Assembly: GCF_004296515.1 (NCBI RefSeq)
Contig: NZ_AP018160.1
Location: forward strand, 30,001 to 62,000
Source of the DNA: Candidatus Saccharimonadota bacterium
GTDB taxonomy: Bacteria > Pseudomonadota > Gammaproteobacteria > Enterobacterales > Enterobacteriaceae
DNA: 32,000 nt
Direction of reading: 5' to 3'
Below the pieces are notes generated by a model that saw only the letters and a list, made by a program, of their open reading frames with translations, searched no databases and had not been told where the DNA came from. This document shows, piece after piece, positions 19,772-27,515 of the stretch. Each line of letters begins with the position of its first letter. Positions within the stretch are counted from its first letter, which is position 1. The position numbers and the translations under genes were made by a program.

Positions 19772-20881
19772 ATGCAACGGATATTAAAAAATAATATATC
19801 TTTTTTTATAAAGAAAATATATTTATTATTAGATTTTATTAATAAATATTTATTTTTTATAGTTAATATAATAATTATATTAAACTTATTTATATTTAGT
19901 AATATATATATGAATAAATTTAATATTAAATTAAAATTTAATTATTTTAAAATAAATAAAATAAATTTAAATAATCTTTTTAATAAAAAATTTAATTTAT
20001 ATTTAAAAAGTAAGAATAAATTTAATAAAATTAAATTTGAATTTATTGATTTAAATAAAAATATATATTATTTAAAAAATAAGAATAAATTCAATAACAA
20101 AAAAACATATTTCTTAATAACTTATATAAAAATAAATAATAATTTTATTAAAAATTTAATGAATTTAGGTTTAAAAAAAAATGATATTAATAATATTAAA
20201 AATATAGTTAATAAATTTATTAATATTAAAAATTTAACTAAAGATAGTAAATTTATTATTTTTAGTATATTTAACGAATCAAATAAATTTAAAATTGATA
20301 TTAATAAATTAATATGTATAAAAGTAATAAATAAAAATAAAAAAATATATATATATAAAAAATTAAATGATAAGTATTATATATTTAATATTAATAATAA
20401 ATTTATGAAATTTCCTACTAAAAAAAGATTTAAAATTACATCAAAATTTAATTTAAATAGACTAAATCCTATAACTAATAAAATATATCCTCATAAAGGT
20501 ATAGATATAGCTATGCCCATTGGAACACCTATATTATCTGTTAGTAATGGAATTATAAAGGATATTTCTAAAGATAACATTTCTGGAAATTATATAGTAA
20601 TAAAACATAATAATAGATGTATAACAAAATATATGCATTTAAAAAAATGTATAGTTAAAAAAGGACAAAAAATAAATTTAGGACAATGTATTGGATATTC
20701 AGGTAATAGTGGTAGATCAACAGGACCTCATTTACATTTTGAAATATGGATAAATTCTAATGCAGTAAATCCATTAACTATAGAATTAAATAAAAAATAC
20801 TATAATATGTTATATATAAATGATATAAGAAAATTAATATATAATATAGAATTAAATATTTCAAAAAATATATTAATTTAA
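19772..20881 (+). CDS. mepM: M23 (LytM-domain) murein endopeptidase, MepM/YebA-like, 369 aa
   Basis: The C-terminal domain is [31 protein letters not shown]...YMHLKK...[28 protein letters not shown]. It closely parallels E. coli MepM (HRGVDFAMPQGTPVLSVGDG...[25 protein letters not shown]). There is an N-terminal hydrophobic anchor. The order aspS-ruvC-...-mepM matches E. coli. Confidence 0.85.
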   Translation: [369 protein letters not shown]

Positions 20882-20884
20882 TTT

Positions 20885-21763
20885 ATGAAAAAAAATATTA
20901 TAACTTTTCAGGAAATTATTACAAAATTACAAAATTTTTGGATAAATAATGGTTGTAATATTATACAACCATTTGATATAGAAATAGGAGCAGCTACTTT
21001 ACATCCAATAACTTATTTATTTGGTTTAAAAAAAAAAGAATTTTATTTTGTTTATACTCAATCATGTAGAAGACCATTTGATTCTAGATATAATATAAAT
21101 AATTTTAAGATAAGTAAATATTTTCAATTACAAATTATTATGAGACCTAAAATAAATAATATACAAAAAATTTATTTAGAATCTCTTTGTAATATAGGAA
21201 TTAACTTTTTAGAAAATGATATAAAATTTATAGAAGATAACTGGGAAAATACAACGTTAGGATCATGGGGTATAGGATGTGAAGTTCAATTAAATGGTAT
21301 TGAAATAACTCAAATTACATATTTTAAACAAATTTGTGGTATAGATTGTAATCCTGTTATATTAGAAATAACTTATGGTTTAGAAAGATTATCTATGATA
21401 TTGCAAAAAACTAATAATATATATAATTTAATATGGTCTATAAATAAAAATAATAAAGTATTAAAATATAAAGATATTAATTGTTATGATGAATTAGAAT
21501 ATTCTTTATATAATACTAAATATGCTAATAAAAAATTTTTATTTATTAAATTTAATCAGTATGAATTAGAAATTAAATATTTATTATCTTTAAAAAAACC
21601 ATTATTAATACCTGCTTATGAGTGTTTATTAAAAGTAATACATAATTTTAATTTATTAGAATCTAGAAATTCTATATCTATATATGAAAGACAATCTTAT
21701 ATATTAAGAATACAATCTTTATCAAAAAAAATATCTAAAATATATTATGAATTAAATCAATGA
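20885..21763 (+). CDS. glyQ: Glycine--tRNA ligase alpha subunit, 292 aa
   Basis: FQEIITKLQNFWINNGCNIIQPFDIEIGAATLHP, YTQSCRRPFDSRY, WGIGCEVQLNGIEITQITYFKQICGIDC and ITYGLERLSMILQ are typical of GlyQ. Confidence 0.95.
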   Translation: MKKNIITFQEIITKLQNFWINNGCNIIQPFDIEIGAATLHPITYLFGLKKKEFYFVYTQSCRRPFDSRYNINNFKISKYFQLQIIMRPKINNIQKIYLESLCNIGINFLENDIKFIEDNWENTTLGSWGIGCEVQLNGIEITQITYFKQICGIDCNPVILEITYGLERLSMILQKTNNIYNLIWSINKNNKVLKYKDINCYDELEYSLYNTKYANKKFLFIKFNQYELEIKYLLSLKKPLLIPAYECLLKVIHNFNLLESRNSISIYERQSYILRIQSLSKKISKIYYELNQ

Positions 21764-23886
21764 TTTTTAAATTTTTTAAAAATAAGTATTCTTTATTTAT
21801 TATAGAAATAGGAATAGAAGATTTACCATATAGTAAATCTAAATATATATGTGATTTTCTTTTAGAAAAATATAAAAATAATTTATACAAAAATAATTTA
21901 TTTTTTAAAAAAATTAACATATATTATTCTAGTAGAAGAATATCTATTATATCAAAAAAATTATATAGAATTAATAATAATATATATGAAATAATTAGAG
22001 GTCCTTCATTAAAGAATTTGTCATATAATAATATATTTTTAAAATTTAATAATTGGATTAAAAAGTATAATTTAAATTTAAATAATATTAAATATTTAAT
22101 AAAAGATAATAATATATTTTTTATTAATTTTTTAAAAATTAATAAAAAATACAATATAAAAAAGATATTATTTAGTGTAGTAAATAATTCAATAATTGAA
22201 TTATTAAATAATAATTTAAATTTGATATTAAGCAAAGATATAAAATTTATAAAACCTATAATATCAATTTCTCTAATAATAGATAATGATTTTATTTTAG
22301 GTAAAATATTAGAAATAAAACTAAATAATTTTTTTTATGGAAATATAAATAATATATATAAAAAAATTTATATTAATAATTCAAAAGAATATATTAATAG
22401 TTTAAAAAAATATGGAAATATAATTATAAATAATTATAGTAGAAAAAAAATTATATTAAAAAAAATTAATATTATTTTAAAAAAATATAATTTATATATA
22501 GATAATAATTTAATTGAAAAAAATATAGACATATATATTCATTTAAATGAATATCCATCAGTATTATCTATAGAATTTAATATTAATTATATAAAAAATT
22601 TACCAAAATCGATTATTGAATATATAATAATTTATCATAAATTTATTCCAACATACTTTAGTTATAATAATGAATTAACTAATAAGTTTATATTAATATC
22701 TAATATAATATCTAAAAAATATAAAAATTTAATATATTGGAGTATTTGTAATATACATAATTCATTAAATGAATTATGTATATTTTTTAATATAGATATT
22801 AAAAATGATATTATTTTATTAAAAGAAAAATTAAATGAAATATTATTTAGAAAAAAATTAGGATCTATGTATGAAAAAATATATAGATTTAAAATATTTT
22901 CTTTATATTTAATTAAAAAAACACATAAATATTATTTATATAAATATATAAATGATATTTCAGATTTTTATAAATTAGATCTAGTAACTAATTTAGGTAT
23001 TTTTTATCCAAAACTACAAGGAATTATATCTTCTATATATTATAAAATAAAAAAAAATAATAATATAAATAATATAGTTTTAAATTCTATAAAAAATCAA
23101 TATTTTAATGAAAATGATTATATTAAAAATAATAAGTTAAATTATTTAACATATATTATATCTTTATCTGATAAATTAGATACTTTAATTGGAAATTTTA
23201 TATTACACAAATATAATGAATACAAAATAACCGGAAATAATGACCCTTTATATATTAAAAAATATTCTATATATATAATTAAAATTTTAATAAATATTGA
23301 TTTAGATATAAAAATATCATTTTTAATAAAAAAAACTTTATTAATTTATAATCAAAAAAAAAATTATGATTATCTATTTATAAAAATAAAAAAATTTTTT
23401 ATTAATAGAATTATAAATTTTTATTTAAATAAAAATTATTCTATTAATATTATTAATTCAGTAATATCTTGTCAAGATGATTCTTTATTTGATATTAATT
23501 TAAGAATAAAATCTATTACATTATTTATTAATGAAGATTTTAATAAATTTATAAATATAATTAATACTTATAAAAGAATAAATAATTTAATAATTAATAA
23601 TATAGATTATAATAATAATATAAATATTAAAAAAATATATATACATAATAAATTATTAACAGAAATAAAATCAATAGAAAATTATTTATCTGTAAATATA
23701 AATAATAGAAAATATTTAAAATCATTATATATATTAAATATATTATGTAAAAAAATTAATATATATTTAGATAATAATTTAATATTAACATCTAATATTT
23801 TTATTAAAAATTATAAATTAAAATATCTTTTTAGTATTATTAATAATTTTTATAATATTGTTAACTTTAATATATTAAAGTTTTAA
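21760..23886 (+). CDS. glyS: Glycine--tRNA ligase beta subunit, 708 aa, highly diverged and low in complexity
   Basis: An ATGA overlap joins it to glyQ. The N-terminus LFIIEIGIEDLP matches GlyS FLVEIGTEELP. Length and position fit glyS. Most of the remainder is Ile/Asn/Lys-rich and I cannot align it by eye. Confidence 0.85.
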   Translation: MIFKFFKNKYSLFIIEIGIEDLPYSKSKYICDFLLEKYKNNLYKNNLFFKKINIYYSSRRISIISKKLYRINNNIYEIIRGPSLKNLSYNNIFLKFNNWIKKYNLNLNNIKYLIKDNNIFFINFLKINKKYNIKKILFSVVNNSIIELLNNNLNLILSKDIKFIKPIISISLIIDNDFILGKILEIKLNNFFYGNINNIYKKIYINNSKEYINSLKKYGNIIINNYSRKKIILKKINIILKKYNLYIDNNLIEKNIDIYIHLNEYPSVLSIEFNINYIKNLPKSIIEYIIIYHKFIPTYFSYNNELTNKFILISNIISKKYKNLIYWSICNIHNSLNELCIFFNIDIKNDIILLKEKLNEILFRKKLGSMYEKIYRFKIFSLYLIKKTHKYYLYKYINDISDFYKLDLVTNLGIFYPKLQGIISSIYYKIKKNNNINNIVLNSIKNQYFNENDYIKNNKLNYLTYIISLSDKLDTLIGNFILHKYNEYKITGNNDPLYIKKYSIYIIKILINIDLDIKISFLIKKTLLIYNQKKNYDYLFIKIKKFFINRIINFYLNKNYSINIINSVISCQDDSLFDINLRIKSITLFINEDFNKFINIINTYKRINNLIINNIDYNNNINIKKIYIHNKLLTEIKSIENYLSVNINNRKYLKSLYILNILCKKINIYLDNNLILTSNIFIKNYKLKYLFSIINNFYNIVNFNILKF

Positions 23887-23895
23887 ATTAAATAT

Positions 23896-25176
23896 ATGAA
23901 AATATATTCCTTAAAAGGAATGAAAGATTATAATATAGAAAAATCTTATATTTGGAGTTACTTATTTGATAAAATTAAATCAATATTAGTATCTTACGGA
24001 TTTGAGTTTATTAATTTTCCTATATTAGAAAATACATTACTATTTAATAAAAGTTTAAATAATAATATTTTAATAAATCAGATATATTCATTTTTAGATA
24101 AAAATTCAAGAAATATATCTTTAAGGCCTGAAGGAACATCATGTTGTTTAAGATTTGCTATAGAAAATGGATTATTAAGAGGACAAAAAAAGAAATTATG
24201 GTACTTTGGTCCTATGTTTAGATATGAAAATCCTCAATTATATAGATATCGTGAATTTTATCAATTAGGAATAGAAGCATTTGGATTTAATGATATTAAT
24301 ATAGAATTAGAAATTTTATTATTAATGAATAATTTTTTTAAAGATATAGATTTATTAAAAAAGTTAGTATTAGAAATAAATTTTTTAGGTTCTATTGAAA
24401 TTAAAAATAAATATTCAAAATATTTATTAAATTTTTTTAAAGAAAATATATCTATTTTTAATAAAATTTATTCTTTAAAAGAAATAGAAAATAATCCATT
24501 TAAAATATTAGAAATAAAAAATGAATATATATTAGATTTTATGATTAATAATATGTATAAAATAGATAGTTTTTTAACAATTAAAGATAAAGAATATTTT
24601 AATAAAATTTTAAATTTATTATTTTTTTTTAAGATACCTTATAAGGTAAATTATTTTTTAATTAGAGGCATAAATTATTATGATGGAATAATTTTTGAAT
24701 GGAAATATTATGAATTAAAATCTAAATTATCTGTATGTTCTGGAGGAAGATATAATAATTTATCTAAAAAATTAGGTGGTATTTTAACATCAGGAATAGG
24801 ATTAGCAATAGGATGGGATAGACTAATAGAATTTTTTATAATTGAAAAAGGATATAAAAATATTAAAAATAATATAAAAAATAAAATATTAGTAATAGTA
24901 AATAATATTAAATATATAAAATATGCATTTTTGTTATCTGAAAATATAAGAAATTTATCTATTAAATTAATAATTAATATTGATTATTCTATTTCATCAT
25001 TGAATAAAAAAATAAATTATGCAATAAAAAATAATTTTTCTTATATATTTATAATATATAAAATATATGAAAATAAAAGTATTATTTTAATTAAAGATAT
25101 AAATAATTTTAACCAAAAATATGTTTATTCTATTGATGAAGTTATTGATTTTATAAAAAAAAATATGAAAATTTAA
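23896..25176 (+). CDS. hisS: Histidine--tRNA ligase, 426 aa
   Basis: LRPEGTSCCLRF, WYFGPMFRYENPQLYRYREFYQLGIEAFG (motif 2) and CSGGRYNNL...GIGLAIGWDRL (motif 3). Confidence 0.93.
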   Translation: MKIYSLKGMKDYNIEKSYIWSYLFDKIKSILVSYGFEFINFPILENTLLFNKSLNNNILINQIYSFLDKNSRNISLRPEGTSCCLRFAIENGLLRGQKKKLWYFGPMFRYENPQLYRYREFYQLGIEAFGFNDINIELEILLLMNNFFKDIDLLKKLVLEINFLGSIEIKNKYSKYLLNFFKENISIFNKIYSLKEIENNPFKILEIKNEYILDFMINNMYKIDSFLTIKDKEYFNKILNLLFFFKIPYKVNYFLIRGINYYDGIIFEWKYYELKSKLSVCSGGRYNNLSKKLGGILTSGIGLAIGWDRLIEFFIIEKGYKNIKNNIKNKILVIVNNIKYIKYAFLLSENIRNLSIKLIINIDYSISSLNKKINYAIKNNFSYIFIIYKIYENKSIILIKDINNFNQKYVYSIDEVIDFIKKNMKI

Positions 25177-25177
25177 T

Positions 25178-26521
25178 ATGAAATATGATGCTATAGTTTC
25201 TATAATTGGTAGATCTAACGTTGGCAAATCATTGTTATTTAATAGATTATTAAAATTTAATTACTCATTAATATCTGATGATCCTGGTACAACTGTAGAT
25301 ATAAAATATAATTTTATTAATTTTAAAAGTAAAAATATAGGATTTATTGATACAGCTGCTATATTAGATTTTCCAAATAAAAAAATATATAAAAAAGTAT
25401 TTAATCAAATTATATATTCTATAAATAATTCAAATATAATATTATTTATAGTTGATTCATCTAATTCTAATTTTTATAAAGATGTAAATTTATTTAAATT
25501 TTTACTTACATTTAAGAAAAAAATATTTTTAATTATTAATAAAATTGATTTATTAAATAACATAAAAAATGAATTTAATTTTATTAATAAAGAAGATATT
25601 ATATATATATCATCTTTATATAATAAAGGAATAAGATCATTAATTAATAAAATATTTAGTAATACAAATAATTTTATTATAAATGATAAATATAAGTTTA
25701 TAGATTTAGATAATAATAAATATATAAAATTATCTGTTATAGGAAAACAAAATGTTGGAAAATCAACTTTAATAAATTCTATTTCAAATGAAAAATTATT
25801 AATTACTTCTAGTCAACCTGGTACTACTAAAGATAGTACAAATACAATTATAAAATTAAAAAATATTAATTTAATATTTACAGATACAGCAGGAATAATT
25901 AATATAGATTTTTTATCAAAAATAAAAAATTCATCTAGTTATATAAATAAAATAAATTATATTTTAATAAAAAATATAAATAAATCAAATATCATAATAT
26001 TTATAATAGATATTACATTAGAAATAACAAATAAAGATTTAATATTAATAAATCATTTAATAAAATTAGGAAAACCTATAATTTTATTAATAAATAAATG
26101 TGATTTATTAAATAAAAAAATTTTTAAAATAAAAAAAAATGAAATTTTAAAGAAATTAAATTTTATAAAATTTATAAATATAATTTTTATATCAGCATTA
26201 TATAAAAAAAATATAAAACATATTTTTAATAATATAAATATTATAGATAAATTTTTATTTAAAAAACTTAAAACAAATTATTTAAATAAAATATTATATG
26301 AATCTATTAAAAATTTAAATCATAAATATATAAATGATAAACAACCTAAACTTAAATTTTGTAATATTTATAGTACCAATCCAATAAAAATAATAATTTT
26401 TGGTAAAAGAACTTACTTATTAAGTAATTCTTATAAAAAATATATATCTAATTGTTTTTATAAAAATTTAAATTATAAAAATATTCCAATAAGTATAATT
26501 TATAAAGAAATTAGTAAATAG
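25178..26521 (+). CDS. der: Ribosome-biogenesis GTPase Der (EngA), 447 aa, tandem G domains
   Basis: Two G domains are present. GD1 has GRSNVGKS, PGTTVD, DTAA and NKID. GD2 has GKQNVGKS, PGTTKD, DTAG and NKCD. A C-terminal KH-like region follows. The start lies 1 nt after the hisS stop. Confidence 0.92.
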   Translation: MKYDAIVSIIGRSNVGKSLLFNRLLKFNYSLISDDPGTTVDIKYNFINFKSKNIGFIDTAAILDFPNKKIYKKVFNQIIYSINNSNIILFIVDSSNSNFYKDVNLFKFLLTFKKKIFLIINKIDLLNNIKNEFNFINKEDIIYISSLYNKGIRSLINKIFSNTNNFIINDKYKFIDLDNNKYIKLSVIGKQNVGKSTLINSISNEKLLITSSQPGTTKDSTNTIIKLKNINLIFTDTAGIINIDFLSKIKNSSSYINKINYILIKNINKSNIIIFIIDITLEITNKDLILINHLIKLGKPIILLINKCDLLNKKIFKIKKNEILKKLNFIKFINIIFISALYKKNIKHIFNNINIIDKFLFKKLKTNYLNKILYESIKNLNHKYINDKQPKLKFCNIYSTNPIKIIIFGKRTYLLSNSYKKYISNCFYKNLNYKNIPISIIYKEISK

Positions 26522-27170
26522 GTAATACTTTTTTAAAATTAGAAAATTTATTTAAACTTATTAATTTTAATGATAAAGATATAACATCTTCTATTTTCTG
26601 TACTTTTATTTTAGAAAACAATATATTTTTATTATCTAAAAATTTATTTATATGATTTGTATAAGCATTACCAGAAATTATATATTCATTATCAAATTTA
26701 TTTATATATTTTATAATATCACATAAATATGTAAATTTAATTACTTTAAACTTTGATATACAAATATTTTTTCTAGATATATAAAATTCAGACCAATATA
26801 TTAATTTAGAATATCCATTAATCATAGATATAATATTATTTTTTTTATTAAAATAAAGATATGAACTATATGCTAAAATTTCTAAAGAATTTATTTTTAT
26901 GATTGGAATATCTATTCCAAAAGATAATCCATGACATATACAAATTCCTATTTTAGTACTAGTAAAATCACCTGGACCACATATACATACTATAATATTT
27001 ATATTTTTAATAGATATATTATTTTTAAATAAAAAATAATCTATATCATATAAAATTTTATCTAAATAATTAAAATTGTATTTTCTAGAAAATTTAAATA
27101 AATTATTATTATAATATAAACCTATATAACAAATATTAGTAGTTGTATCAATAGATAATATGTTATACAT
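26511..27170 (-). CDS. tsaB: tRNA N6-threonylcarbamoyladenosine (t6A) biosynthesis protein TsaB (YeaZ), 219 aa
   Basis: ILSIDTTTNICYIGLY and CGPGDFTSTKIGICICHGLSFGIDIPII parallel E. coli TsaB ILAIDTATEACSVAL and [27 protein letters not shown]. Confidence 0.88.
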   Translation of the reverse strand: MYNILSIDTTTNICYIGLYYNNNLFKFSRKYNFNYLDKILYDIDYFLFKNNISIKNINIIVCICGPGDFTSTKIGICICHGLSFGIDIPIIKINSLEILAYSSYLYFNKKNNIISMINGYSKLIYWSEFYISRKNICISKFKVIKFTYLCDIIKYINKFDNEYIISGNAYTNHINKFLDNKNILFSKIKVQKIEDVISLSLKLISLNKFSNFKKVLPIY

Positions 27171-27176
27171 AAATAA

Positions 27177-27204
27177 ACCAGTAACAATATTAATTATTAC
27201 TGGT
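27177..27204 (-). terminator. Rho-independent terminator-like hairpin downstream of cspC
   Basis: The minus-strand RNA is ACCAGUAAUAAU-UAAU-AUUGUUACUGGU: a 12-bp stem with three G:C pairs and one U:G wobble, and a 4-nt loop. It is followed by UUAUUU. It begins 11 nt after the cspC TAG stop. It is one of very few G/C-containing structures in any spacer of this window. Confidence 0.6.
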
Positions 27205-27215
27205 ATAAAATTTTT

Positions 27216-27428
27216 CTATATTATATTAACATTAATAGCTGATGGTCCTTTTTGACTTTCTTGTATTTCAAACTCAACATTTTGTCCTTCAGTTAATGTT
27301 TTAAATCCACTTCCTTGAATAGAAGAAAAATGAACAAAAACATCTTTTCCACCATCACTAGGTGTAATAAATCCAAATCCTTTAGATTCATTAAACCATT
27401 TAACTTGACCTTTTATTTTATTTGACAT
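27216..27428 (-). CDS. cspC: Cold-shock-domain protein, CspC/CspE type, 70 aa
   Basis: [67 protein letters not shown] is near-identical to E. coli CspC/CspE, with RNP1 KGFGFI and RNP2 VFVHF. It is closer to CspC at the positions I remember ([18 protein letters not shown]). An AGGA Shine-Dalgarno lies at 27435-27438. Confidence 0.93.
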   Translation of the reverse strand: MSNKIKGQVKWFNESKGFGFITPSDGGKDVFVHFSSIQGSGFKTLTEGQNVEFEIQESQKGPSAINVNII

Positions 27429-27515
27429 AAATAATCCTATTATTTTTTTAAATAAATATTACTATATAATAACTTATTTTTTATTAAATTAAAACAATTT
27501 ATTTAAATTAAATAT

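Noticed and set aside
21735-22235. 61-aa and 103-aa minus-strand ORFs
   Set aside because: They are antisense within the glyQ end and the glyS start. They are Leu/Phe/Ile-rich mirror images of Lys/Asn/Ile-rich coding sequence.
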